NCBI GenBank assembly: GCA_963663235.2
Contig: CAXXNO010000004.1
Coordinates: 640,001-704,000, forward strand
Reading direction: 5' to 3'
DNA from: Dehalococcoidia bacterium
Lineage (GTDB): Bacteria; Chloroflexota; Dehalococcoidia; Bin125
Length of the DNA stretch: 64,000 nt
Shown: positions 40,564-52,807 of the stretch, piece by piece
Position numbering within the stretch: position 1 is the first letter of the stretch
Layout: each line of letters opens with the position of its first letter
Program-made: the position numbers and the translations under genes
The notes under the pieces: model-generated
Database searches by the model: none
Told to the model about the DNA's origin: nothing
The model's input: the letters and a program-made list of their open reading frames with translations, nothing else

Positions 40564-41756
40564 CGGAGCGATACGACTGCGTCGTCCTCGGCGCTGGCCC
40601 GGCCGGGTCCACCGCCGCGCGTCATCTCGCCGCGACCGGCGCGCGCGTCCTCCTCACGGATCGCGCCTCCTTCCCGCGCGACAAGCCTTGCGGCGGCGGC
40701 GTCCTGCTGCTCGCCGCGGCGCTCCTCCCCTTCTCGCTCGATCCCGTGACCGAGCGCGTCGTCACCGGCTTTCGCATGACCTACCGGCACGGCCGGCCGT
40801 TCATGCATCGCTACGGCGAGCCGCTGGTCCTGATGACGCAGCGCTCTCGTTTGGACGCCTTTCTTGCCGAACAAGCCGTGGCGGCGGGCGCAACCTTCAC
40901 CGACGGCCGCGGCGCGACCGGGCTGGAAATCGCCGATGCCCATGTCGCGGTCCGGCTCGCCGGCGGCGATCTCGCCACCGCGCGGACCGTCGTCGCCGCC
41001 GACGGCGCTAACGGCGTCGCGCGTCGCGCGCTGGGGATGCCGCCGCTCCGCCGCGCCGTGGCCTTGGAGGCCAACACCGGCGCTGTGCCGGACCGCTGGC
41101 GGGACGTCCTGGGGCTCGATCTCGGCAGCATGCCCGGCGGCTACGGCTGGGTCTTCCCCAAGGGCGACCACTGCAACGTGGGCGTCGGCGGCTGGCCCGC
41201 GGCGGGCCCCGGGCTGCAACGCTCCCTCGCCGCTTATGCGGCCTCGGAAGGCTTCGATCCGGGCGCGCTGCGCGACCAGCGCGGCTATACCCTCCCGCTC
41301 AGCGATCCCGCCGCGCCCGTAGTCCGTGGCCCCGTGGCCTTCGTCGGCGACGCCGCCGGCCTGATCGATCCCCTCTCGGGGGAAGGGATCGGCAACGCGA
41401 TCCGCTCCGCGCAAATGGCGGCCGAGGCGGTCGCGCGCTTTCTCGCCGGAAAGGCGCCCGACCTCGCTGGGTATCAGGTGGCGCTGGAGCGGGAGATCGA
41501 GCCCGAGCTGGCGGTGGCGCGCCAGTTCCAGGCCCTCTTTCACCAGTTGCCCTGGCCCTACGTGCAGGTGCTGCGACGCTCCGGGCGTTTCTGGCGCTCC
41601 TTCTCCCGCATGGTCCGCGGCGAAACGACCTACGTTGGCTTCAAGGGGCGGCTCGGGCCTGCCGCGCTCCTCGTCGACGCCGCCGCCTGGCAGGCCCAGC
41701 GTTCCATGGCTGCTCGCAGCGGCTGGGCCGCGTCGGAGGCCAAGGCTTCGCGCTGA
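40560..41756 (+). CDS. Geranylgeranyl reductase family FAD oxidoreductase
   Basis: GAGPAGS, FPRDKPCGGG, GYGWVFP and GDAAGLIDPLSGEGI motifs. Confidence 0.92.
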   Translation: MTERYDCVVLGAGPAGSTAARHLAATGARVLLTDRASFPRDKPCGGGVLLLAAALLPFSLDPVTERVVTGFRMTYRHGRPFMHRYGEPLVLMTQRSRLDAFLAEQAVAAGATFTDGRGATGLEIADAHVAVRLAGGDLATARTVVAADGANGVARRALGMPPLRRAVALEANTGAVPDRWRDVLGLDLGSMPGGYGWVFPKGDHCNVGVGGWPAAGPGLQRSLAAYAASEGFDPGALRDQRGYTLPLSDPAAPVVRGPVAFVGDAAGLIDPLSGEGIGNAIRSAQMAAEAVARFLAGKAPDLAGYQVALEREIEPELAVARQFQALFHQLPWPYVQVLRRSGRFWRSFSRMVRGETTYVGFKGRLGPAALLVDAAAWQAQRSMAARSGWAASEAKASR

Positions 41757-41838
41757 TCACGCACCGCGCGCTGCGAGGGCCCGGATGACGGGCTCGTGGC
41801 CGGGGCCCGGCTAGAGAGTCTGTATGGGAGGGGGAGCC

Positions 41839-42657
41839 ATGCGACTTGCGGAGCAGGTGGTAATCGTCACGGGCGCGGCCGGGTCGTTCGGGCGCGCCAT
41901 CGCTGATCGGTTCGCGGAGGAGGGCGCCGACCTGGCCCTCGCCGACGTCAACGAAGCGGGGCTGCAGGAGCCGGCGCGGCTCGTGCGGGAGCGCGGGCGC
42001 GATGCGCTGACGCTGCGCTGTGACGTCACCCAGCGCGCCGACGTCCAGCGCCTCGTCGACGAAACCGTCGCGCACTTCGGCCGGCTGACAACGATGGTCG
42101 CGAACGCGGGCGTGATTGACCTCGCGCCGTTCCTGGACCTGACGGACGAGGCCTGGAGCCGCGTGCAGGCGGTGAACCTTACCGGGGTCTTCCTCTGCGA
42201 CCAGATCGCCGCGCGCCAGATGGTGCGCCAGGGCGGCGGCGGCCGGATCGTCAACATCGCCAGCCAGATCGCCGAGATCGGGGCGCCGCTGACCGTCTCC
42301 TACGCTGCCAGCAAGGCGGGAGTCCGGAGCCTCACGAAGTCGACCGCGGCCGCGCTCGGGCCGCACGGCATCCGCGTCAACGCCATCGGCCCCGGGCCCT
42401 GCCCCACGGACCTGAACATGGAGCGCTACTCCCAGCCCGAGATCCGCGCCCACGTCGAGCGCCAGGTTGCCCTGGGGCATCTGGGCGAGCCCATCGACGT
42501 GGCCAACGTCGCCGTCTTCCTCGCCTCGGACGAGACCCGCTGGATGACCGGCGAGACCATCTTCGTGGACGGCGGCTTCCTCCTCAACGCCTACCGCGGC
42601 TCCCCGGAGTACGACGCCGCCATGCTGCGCGTGGTGGAGCGGCGGCCCGGCGGCTAA
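41839..42657 (+). CDS. SDR family oxidoreductase
   Basis: TGAAGSFG, NAG, YAASK and VDGG motifs. Confidence 0.93.
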   Translation: MRLAEQVVIVTGAAGSFGRAIADRFAEEGADLALADVNEAGLQEPARLVRERGRDALTLRCDVTQRADVQRLVDETVAHFGRLTTMVANAGVIDLAPFLDLTDEAWSRVQAVNLTGVFLCDQIAARQMVRQGGGGRIVNIASQIAEIGAPLTVSYAASKAGVRSLTKSTAAALGPHGIRVNAIGPGPCPTDLNMERYSQPEIRAHVERQVALGHLGEPIDVANVAVFLASDETRWMTGETIFVDGGFLLNAYRGSPEYDAAMLRVVERRPGG

Positions 42658-42727
42658 TCGCGGGAGCGAGGCTCGCTCCCCGCCGCCCTCTTCGGCTACG
42701 ATAAGAACTAGTCAAGAGACTCCGCGA

Positions 42728-42965
42728 ATGGAGCGCGAGCGCGTGTCCACCACGCACCGAACTCGACAGGAGGCGGCGCCGCGACGGCGCGCAGTGATCG
42801 CAACTGCGCCCCCGCGCCTGGTAATTGCCTCCCCCGCCCGCTTCCTCGGGCGGTAGCTCCGTCCGGGAAGCCGCGCCGGCCCCGGCCACCACGCCGCCGG
42901 CGCGATTCACCTCCATTCCCGATCGCAGTACAGTGACCGACGCTCACGCAGCGTCGCGGAGGCAG
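42728..42965 (+). promoter_or_regulatory. Putative ilvB leader peptide (42728-42856) and anti-SD RNA switch
   Basis: 42-aa ORF ending RLVIASPARFLGR with CTG-GTA-ATT codons; alternative hairpins; TTGCCTCC complementary to the ilvB SD GGAGGCAG. Confidence 0.65.
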
Positions 42966-42970
42966 CCAGC

Positions 42971-44650
42971 ATGAAGCGCAACGGTGCACAAATCCTGCTC
43001 GAGTGTTTGAGCGCGGAGGGCGTCGACCTCGTCTTCGGCTACCCCGGCGGCGTGGTCTTGCCTCTCTATCATCGCTTTGCCGAGTTCCCGCAGATCAAGC
43101 ACGTCTTGGTCCGGCACGAACAGGGCGCCGCCCACGCCGCCGATGGCTACGCCCGCGCCAGCGGTCGCACCGGCGTCTGCCTGGCCACCTCCGGGCCCGG
43201 CGCAACCAATCTGGTCACCGGAATCTGCACCGCCTACATGGACTCCATCCCCATGGTCGCGATCACCGGCAACGTCGCCCGCGACCTCATCGGCCGCGAC
43301 GGTTTCCAAGAGGCCGACATCACCGGCATCACCTTGCCCATCACCAAGCACAACTACCTCGTCATGCGAGCCGAGGAGATCGCAACGGCGGTCAAGGAGG
43401 CGTTCCACATCGCCTCCACGGGCCGCAAGGGACCGGTCCTGGTCGACATCCCCAAGGACGTCTTCATTGAAGAAGCGGAGTTCACAGGCTACCCGGAGCA
43501 GGTGCACTTGCGCGGCTATCCCCTGGCGGACCGCCCCGCGGACCTCGAAGTGGAACGCGCTGCCGCTCTCATCAATGAGGCGCAGCAGCCGCTGATCCTC
43601 TCCGGCCACGGCGTCATCCAGTCCGGCGCAAGCGCCGAACTGCTCGATCTGGCGGAGCGGGCCGAGGTCCCTGTGGTGACTACCCTGCTCGGCCTCTCCG
43701 GCTTCCCCGAGGATCACCGCCTCGCCTACGGCATGATGGGCATGCACGGCAACTACTACTGCAACATGGCCGCCAGCGCCGCCGATGTGGTGCTCGGCAT
43801 CGGCATGCGCTTCGATGACCGCGCCATGGGCCGCTTCAAGGACTTCAACCCCGGCGCGAAGATCGTCCACTTCGACATCGACCCCGCCGAGATCGGCAAG
43901 AACTTCGTCACCCACGCGCCCGTCCTCGGCGATGTGCGCGCTTCGCTGCAGGCGCTCCTGCCCCTGATCCAGCCTGCCTCCCACACCGATTGGCTCCGCC
44001 ACATCGACGACCTCAAGGCCAAGCACCCCACGGACTACGCGGGCGAGGGGCCCGAGTTGAGCGGCCCTTGGCTCTGCCGCGCCATCGCCGAGGAGACGCA
44101 GAGCCAAGCGACCATCGTCACCGGCGTGGGACAGCACCAGATGTGGATGGCCCAGTACTACCGCTACAACCGTCCCCGCCAGTTCGTGACTAGTGGCGGC
44201 CTTGGCACGATGGGTTTCGAGGTCCCCGCTGCCATCGGCGCCCAGTTCGCCCAGTCCGATCCGGTGTGGGCCATCTGCGGCGACGGCGGCTTCCAGATGA
44301 CCGCGCAAGAGTTGCAGACGGTCGCGGAGCACAAGCTCCCCATCCGCTACGCGATCTTTAACAACCGCTACCTGGGCATGGTGCGCCAGTGGCAGGAGCT
44401 CTTCTATGAGAACAACCTGCACTCCGTGGCCTTGGGCCAGCCGGACTTCGTCAAGCTGGCCGAGGCCTACGGGATCACCGGGCTGCGCGCCACCACCCGC
44501 GCCGAGGCGACTGAGGCCGTTCGCACCGCGGCCCGGCACCCCGGCCCCATCGTGATCGACTTCCGCATCGTCGAGGAGGAGAACGTCTGGCCCATGGTCC
44601 CCGCCGGCGCGGCGCTCTCCGAGACCATCGAGTCGGCGGAGGAGCTCTGA
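42971..44650 (+). CDS. ilvB: Acetolactate synthase large subunit
   Basis: FGYPGG, RHEQGAAHAADGYAR, TSGPGATN, GDGGFQMT and LGMVRQWQ motifs. Confidence 0.97.
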   Translation: MKRNGAQILLECLSAEGVDLVFGYPGGVVLPLYHRFAEFPQIKHVLVRHEQGAAHAADGYARASGRTGVCLATSGPGATNLVTGICTAYMDSIPMVAITGNVARDLIGRDGFQEADITGITLPITKHNYLVMRAEEIATAVKEAFHIASTGRKGPVLVDIPKDVFIEEAEFTGYPEQVHLRGYPLADRPADLEVERAAALINEAQQPLILSGHGVIQSGASAELLDLAERAEVPVVTTLLGLSGFPEDHRLAYGMMGMHGNYYCNMAASAADVVLGIGMRFDDRAMGRFKDFNPGAKIVHFDIDPAEIGKNFVTHAPVLGDVRASLQALLPLIQPASHTDWLRHIDDLKAKHPTDYAGEGPELSGPWLCRAIAEETQSQATIVTGVGQHQMWMAQYYRYNRPRQFVTSGGLGTMGFEVPAAIGAQFAQSDPVWAICGDGGFQMTAQELQTVAEHKLPIRYAIFNNRYLGMVRQWQELFYENNLHSVALGQPDFVKLAEAYGITGLRATTRAEATEAVRTAARHPGPIVIDFRIVEEENVWPMVPAGAALSETIESAEEL

Positions 44651-45249
44651 TGGCTGCCGCGAACTCCGTCCTCAACACGGTGGTGGCCTACGTCGAAGAC
44701 CGGCCGGGCGTGCTGGCCCGCGTGGCCTCACTCTTCCGCCGGCGCGGCTTCAACATCGAGAGCCTCACCGTCGGCCACTCCGACGAGCCCGGCGTCAGCC
44801 GCATGACGATCGTGGTCGATGGGCAGAACACCCAGGTCCACCAGGTCCAGCATCAACTCTTCAAGCTGATCGATGTCGTCTCCGCCGTTGACATCACGGA
44901 CCAGCCGATGGTGGCGCGCGAGCTGGCGCTGATCAAAGTGGCCTGCTCTCCGCAGGGCCGCCGCGAGATCATGGATCTCGCCACCGTCTTCCGCGCCGAC
45001 GTGGTCGATGTCGCCGAGGCCAGCCTCATCGTCCAGGTGCTGGGCGATGAAGACAAGGTCGATGCCCTCCTCGGGCTGCTGCGTCCCCACGGCGTCCTGG
45101 AGATGGTGCGCACCGGCCGCGTGGCCTTGGTCCGCGGCAGCGCCACCAGCAAGCCCGCGCCCGTCAGCGAGTCGGAGCGGCGGGCGGAGGCGGAGCGCGC
45201 CCAGCGCGGCCGCCGGCCCCAGGGCTCACTCCCCTTCGCCAGCGACTAG
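44650..45249 (+). CDS. ilvN: Acetolactate synthase small regulatory subunit
   Basis: [31 protein letters not shown] and EMVRTG motifs. Confidence 0.96.
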   Translation: MAAANSVLNTVVAYVEDRPGVLARVASLFRRRGFNIESLTVGHSDEPGVSRMTIVVDGQNTQVHQVQHQLFKLIDVVSAVDITDQPMVARELALIKVACSPQGRREIMDLATVFRADVVDVAEASLIVQVLGDEDKVDALLGLLRPHGVLEMVRTGRVALVRGSATSKPAPVSESERRAEAERAQRGRRPQGSLPFASD

Positions 45250-45304
45250 ACGGCGGCCCGCGACCCCCCTAGCCTCGGCGCCGCAGCCACCAAGGAGCAA
45301 CGAC

Positions 45305-46306
<1,002 letters not shown>

Positions 46307-46399
46307 GCGCGGCTGGCGCTCCGCTTCGGAGCCTCACTCCACGATGCCTCCCGCGCCTGGGCCTGCCCGCGCGGAGGCGCACGACAAGGAGAGAGTCGA

Positions 46400-46816
46400 A
46401 TGGAACAATCCCCTCGCCGCCCACAGCTCGCTCGGGCATTCGCCTGGCTAATCGCCCTCACCCCGCTCCTCGTCATCCTGCAGGCGTTCCTCTTTGGCGG
46501 TTTCTACGACAAGTTCAACGGCGATCTGATCGATGCGCACCAGGCGGTCGGTTTTATTTCGATGATCTTGGTGGTCGTGCTGGCATTCCTGGCATACTTC
46601 GCCCGCTTCCCCAGGGAATCGCGCATCTTCCATCTCGCAATCGCGCTCGCGCTGCTCTGGATCGTCCAGTGGATGCTGGGCAGCCTCGCCTCGAATGAGG
46701 CTCGCTGGGTGGTCGTCCTGCACGTCCCCACCGGCCTGATCGTGTTCGGCCTCGCCGCGCTGCTCGTCGGCAGGACCCACCGGACCCTGGCCGCGGGCCG
46801 GCGCGCGGCGCCCTAG
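46400..46816 (+). CDS. Four-TM membrane hypothetical protein with two His in TM helices
   Basis: AAGGAG RBS; hydrophobic helices with DAHQAVG and LHVPTG. Confidence 0.8.
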   Translation: MEQSPRRPQLARAFAWLIALTPLLVILQAFLFGGFYDKFNGDLIDAHQAVGFISMILVVVLAFLAYFARFPRESRIFHLAIALALLWIVQWMLGSLASNEARWVVVLHVPTGLIVFGLAALLVGRTHRTLAAGRRAAP

Positions 46817-46935
46817 CCTCCGGGCCCACCCCAGCGACGACGGGGGCGAGGAGTTGCGCGGGACGATGGCCCGGTTACACCAGAAGGCGGACGAGGCTGC
46901 GCCGCCCCCCGTAGGCAAGGGGCCCCCGTTTGCGT

Positions 46936-47097
46936 CATAATGAGCGCATGATGGTGAACTCGTCAGAGGGAGGAACATACCTGCGGGCTGCCTCGGCCCG
47001 TGGCGTCCTTGGACGGTAATCCTGCACCAACCGTCCGGGCGGGGCGTCCCTGTTCACCAGTCATGCCCCCTTTCCGACCCAAGGAGCGCACGTCACG
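46936..47097 (+). promoter_or_regulatory. Putative leuA leader peptide (46948-47019) and LEU-element-like anti-SD switch
   Basis: CATAAT, then ATG 6 nt later; MMVNSSEGGTYLRAASARGVLGR; CGTGGCGTCCTTGG pairs with CCAAGGA..ACGTCACG over the leuA SD. Confidence 0.65.
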
Positions 47098-48666
<1,569 letters not shown>

Positions 48667-48674
48667 ATCAATCC

Positions 48675-48813
48675 GTTCGTCCTGAACCTGCCGAAGGGTC
48701 AGGACGAACAGCCCCCGTCCCCTCTCCATCGCTTGCGATGGAGAGGGGACGGGGGTGAGGTCCTCCCGCCTCCGCGTTACATGATCGAAGGGGGACGCAT
48801 CGCGTCCCCCTTC
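48675..48813. repeat. Cluster of three REP-like palindromes
   Basis: 11-bp IR at 48675-48709, 21-bp IR at 48712-48755 and 12-bp IR at 48787-48813; same repeat families as at 16040-16270. Confidence 0.9.
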
Positions 48814-48930
48814 TGCTCTCTCGGACGCTTCTGGTGAGCGGAGGAACTCGTGGTGGCCCGTTCGACGTTCGCAGCGAGTATCCTGCTCCAACGACGGCAT
48901 CATGTCCGCCGTTGGAGATTTGGTGATCAC

Positions 48931-49993
48931 ATGCCGAGAAAGCAACGAGAGATTGCAGCGAACATCGGTCTCGATAAGCTATATCTGGACCAATTGAACC
49001 CGCGGCTTCCTGCCGGAATGCAGACCAAGAAGGAGGATGAACTCCTCCGATACATCGCGGACCGCTACAACACGATCGATGTGGCGACTTCGATCGCACG
49101 CCACGGCTACTTCATTTCAGAACCGATGATCGTCATCAAGCGGAAACAGGCGAATGGATACACGGTCGTCGAAGGAAACCGGAGGCTCGTAGCACTGAGA
49201 ATCTTGAGCGACCCAACCCTCGCTGAGGGCCTTGAAGATCAGGAGGAATGGGTGGCGCTTGCTTCACAGGCTCAGACACCCGAGGTTCTGCCTGTCGTGA
49301 AAGCAATAGACCGAAACCGCGTGGCTGCGGTTATCGGATTTAGGCATATTTCCGAGATCGAAGAATGGGAGCCGTACGCCAAGGCTCGCTTCATTGCGAC
49401 GCTGATTGACATTCAAGAAATGTCATTCGAAGGTGTCGCGGATCTAATCGGAGAGACCGTGGCCGACATCCGATCCCAGTACCGGAACTGTGGAATTATT
49501 GAACAAGCGCAGGAGTTCGGCATTGCCACCCAATTTGCTGAAGCAGCCTTCGGCGTTTTCACGCGTGCAATGACATCTACTGGTATTAGGGGACACATCG
49601 GAGCATCAGCACCGGCTCGAGTGGAATTACGGAACTGGCCTTTAGCCGACGACAAAAAAAGAAGAGCTAAAGGAAGTCTTCTCATACCTGTTCGGTGACG
49701 GCGAGCACGACAAGGTAATCGACGAATCACGGGACATCACGACACTTGGCAAGGTGCTAGCGGATACGGACGGGCTGCGAGAGTTACGTGCATCCCGGAA
49801 CTTGCAGGCGGCTGAGGAGGCGACTGGGGGCAGCCGTACGCGTCTTCGGTCAAAGCTCGTAACGGCTCGGAACTCTCTTACAGATGCGAGCCGCGATATT
49901 GCTGAATATGTTGGTGAAGACGAAGTGGTTGAGCTTCTTCAAGAGTGCAAGGATGCGCTTGATCTCTTAATCGAGTTAAATGCCGCCGCGTAG
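48931..49993 (+). pseudogene. ParB/Srx-like N-terminal domain protein, frameshifted at an A7 run (49654-49660)
   Basis: LDQLNPRL, YTVVEGNRRLVAL and RH..W.PYAKA motifs; removing one A joins ORF 49754-49993; lower GC than flanks. Confidence 0.75.
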
Positions 49994-50195
49994 GTTCAAT
50001 ACGCCTCCAATCCATCTCGATCAGGCGGGCCTCACCGACTGGGTTGAAGGGGCACTGCTCGTCGAGGGCAGGGACCGGTTCAGCAGGGCTCGCTTGAAGA
50101 AATCACTGCAGCGATTCACAGGAAGCGGTGGCGAAGACCTTGAGATCAGGAGCGACCTTATAGACGAACACAAGACCGCCGCGGCCAGACGATAG
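49980..50195 (+). pseudogene. Probably truncated partner gene of the ParB-like protein
   Basis: Overlaps the upstream stop, has LTDWVE motif and ends 9 bp before an unrelated oxidoreductase gene. Confidence 0.45.
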
Positions 50196-50204
50196 GGGGA
50201 TGGG

Positions 50205-52184
50205 ATGGTCCGCTACGCAGCCTTGTTTTCGCCCTTGTCCGTCGGCGGGATGGAACTGCGGAACCGCCTCGTGATGACGGGACATGTAACGGGCATGGCC
50301 TCGGACCATATGCCGGGCGAGCAGTTGCGCGCGTACTACCGCGAACGTGCCCGAGGCGGCGTGGCAATGATCATTTCCGAAGCATCGAGTGTGCACCCCA
50401 CTGCCGCGCACATGAACCAGACGATCTTTCTCTACGACCCGCGAATCGTCGATTCTTACAAGGTCTTGACGAAGGAACTCCACGAGCTCGGCTGCCGCTT
50501 CATTGCACAGCTTTGGCACTGCGGCACCAACACGGACGGCATGAAGACGGAAATGCCCGTATGGGGTCCATCGCCGCTGGCGGGAGTGCTGAACCACGAA
50601 CTCGCGCACGAGATGTCCCGAGCGGAGATCGAGGAGATGGTCGATGCGTATGCGAGAGCCGCCGCGTACGCGCGCGAGGGTGGCGCAGACGGCGTTGAGC
50701 TGCACATGGCGCATGGCTATCTGCTGCAGCAGTTCATGTCGCCGTTCACAAACAAGCGAACAGACGAATACGGGGGCGACCTTGAAGGCCGGATACGCTT
50801 TCCCCTGGCGGTCCTTGCCGCTGTGCGGGAGGCGGTGGGGCAGGAGTTGATCGTGGGCGCGCGATTGAGCGGCGAAGAGGGTGTCCCAGGCGGCCTCGAC
50901 CTGCTCCAGAATCTCAAGATCGCAAAGATGTTGGCTGCGACGAAGGCGGTCTCCTACTTCAGTATCAGCTTCGGGAACTATCACAACATGGAGATTCAAA
51001 CCGCCCCGATGGGGATGCCGGCTGGGCACCTGACGCACCTGGCCGGCGCTGTACGCGCGCAGGTGGACGTACCCATCCTCGCGGTGGGCCGCATCCTGAC
51101 GCCCGACGTGGCGGAGGCGGTGCTCAGCTCCGGACAGGCGGATCTGATTGGCATGGCTCGTGAGTGGATCGCCGACCCGCAGTTCGGGACGAAGGCAGAG
51201 AGCGCCCCGGCAACAATCCGTCAGTGCATCGGGTGCAACTACTGCCAGTCGCGGGTTGGGTTTGGGAAGCACGTGACGTGCATTTACAACGCGGCCGCGG
51301 GACGGGAGCGCGAACTGGGAGCGGAGACGCTGACACCGGTGGCCCAGCCAAAGCGGATTCTCGTGATCGGAGGTGGGCCGGCGGGCCTGGAGGCGGCGCG
51401 CGTGGCGGCGCTGCGCGGACACGAGGTGACGCTCTACGAGCGCGCGCCAGAGCTGGGCGGGCAGATCCGCCTTGCCGCACGCGTGAAAAGCCGCGAGGAG
51501 ATCGCGAACGTCGTCCGCTTTCTGTCGAACGAACTGCGCCGGCTGGAAGTCGATGTGCAGCTTGAAACTGACGTCACACAGGAGCTGATCGATGAATGTC
51601 AGCCGGATGCCGTGATCCTCGCGACGGGCTCGCGGGCACGCGCCGTTGGGATGAATGCGCTGCGATCGGACGTGCCTGGGATTCCTGGTATTGAGACGTG
51701 TGATGCGGTCACGCCACGGGACGTGCTGGACGAGAGCCGAGACGTGGGCCAGAACGTGCTGGTCGTCGATTTTGAAGGGCATGTTCAGGGCATGGCGACC
51801 GCCGAACATCTGCTTGATCAGGGGAAGCAGGTCGAGATTGTGACGGCAGCACCGTTCCTGGGCATGGCGATCGGAGGGACATCATGGATCAAGCTGATGC
51901 AGGACGTCTCGGGCAAAGGGGTCAAGATTACAACCGACACGATGGTTGACGGGGTCGAAGGGCGCACCGTGAAGCTGGTGCACGTATACGGTGGTGGGAC
52001 TGAAACGCGGGAAGGCATCGACACAATCGTTGTCGTGGGCGATGCGGTTTCGGAAGACCACCTCGGGCGCGAGCTCGAAGTCGCAGAGGCTGGCTACCGC
52101 GTGATCTCCGTGGGCGATTGTGTCGCGCCCAGGCACCTCGACATGGCAGTGCTGGAAGGGCATCGAGCCGGGCGGGCCGTGTGA
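50205..52184 (+). CDS. OYE-type NADH:flavin oxidoreductase with Fe-S and FAD domains (FadH/BaiCD-like)
   Basis: ELHMAHGYLLQQFMSP, CIGCNYC...C and IGGGPAGLEAA motifs. Confidence 0.93.
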   Translation: MVRYAALFSPLSVGGMELRNRLVMTGHVTGMASDHMPGEQLRAYYRERARGGVAMIISEASSVHPTAAHMNQTIFLYDPRIVDSYKVLTKELHELGCRFIAQLWHCGTNTDGMKTEMPVWGPSPLAGVLNHELAHEMSRAEIEEMVDAYARAAAYAREGGADGVELHMAHGYLLQQFMSPFTNKRTDEYGGDLEGRIRFPLAVLAAVREAVGQELIVGARLSGEEGVPGGLDLLQNLKIAKMLAATKAVSYFSISFGNYHNMEIQTAPMGMPAGHLTHLAGAVRAQVDVPILAVGRILTPDVAEAVLSSGQADLIGMAREWIADPQFGTKAESAPATIRQCIGCNYCQSRVGFGKHVTCIYNAAAGRERELGAETLTPVAQPKRILVIGGGPAGLEAARVAALRGHEVTLYERAPELGGQIRLAARVKSREEIANVVRFLSNELRRLEVDVQLETDVTQELIDECQPDAVILATGSRARAVGMNALRSDVPGIPGIETCDAVTPRDVLDESRDVGQNVLVVDFEGHVQGMATAEHLLDQGKQVEIVTAAPFLGMAIGGTSWIKLMQDVSGKGVKITTDTMVDGVEGRTVKLVHVYGGGTETREGIDTIVVVGDAVSEDHLGRELEVAEAGYRVISVGDCVAPRHLDMAVLEGHRAGRAV

Positions 52185-52233
52185 GTACTTGTAGCGGGTA
52201 ACCGACTACAAGATGGACAAGGAATGAAGGCCG

Positions 52234-52368
52234 TGACCTGCCGCCCAAAACTGATCCATCCGGAATGAGCGGATTCTGGGGATCGGGAAGGGAGCCGGCA
52301 TGGCACGCAAGCGGTACATCGCCGAAGAGATCATCGGCAAGCGCCGCGAAGCGGAGGTCGCGCTGGGC
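52234..52368 (+). mobile_element. IS3-family (IS407-like) left end and orfA fragment
   Basis: TGACCTGCC.. terminus, then MARKRYIAEEIIGKRREAEVAL, after which similarity stops. Confidence 0.75.
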
Positions 52369-52424
52369 ATGACGATCGCGTGCGACGACCGACCGGGATC
52401 ATCTGGAGCCGACCGAGAGCAATA

Positions 52425-52556
52425 CTACGGCCGGGACGTTCCCACCGTTCCCTTGCCCTTCGCAGCCTTCTTGTCCTGCTTGGCCTGCCGCTTCTCCTTC
52501 AGAGTCCGGGACGCGGCCTGCTTCGTGTTCCTGCCGCCCTTGTCCTTCGTTGGCAT
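52425..52556 (-). CDS. Small Lys-rich 43-aa protein (not in ORF track)
   Basis: GAGGAG RBS; MPTKDKGGRNTKQAASRTLKEKRQAKQDKKAAKGKGTVGTSRP. Confidence 0.65.
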   Translation of the reverse strand: MPTKDKGGRNTKQAASRTLKEKRQAKQDKKAAKGKGTVGTSRP

Positions 52557-52807
52557 CAGTGGCTCCTCGCTGACCGTCTTCGTGGCGCCATGGCACCCCT
52601 ACAGGGTAGCGGACCCGTTCCAGCTCCCGGTGCCGGCCAGACCGCGGCTCACCTGTGGGGCGCCAAAACTTCATCTGCTCTGATTTTGGGCGCCGATTGG
52701 GCCGTGCGAGGGCAAACTCCTATTCCGATCTGATAAGTGCGGTGTCACTTTCATCGTCGGCCACGGCGCTGGAGATCGAGGTCTAGCCCAGCGGAGGCGC
52801 CCGGGCC

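Noticed and set aside
42660-42970. T-box riboswitch or intrinsic terminator before ilvB
   Set aside because: No TGGnACC T-box motif and no hairpin followed by a U-tract.
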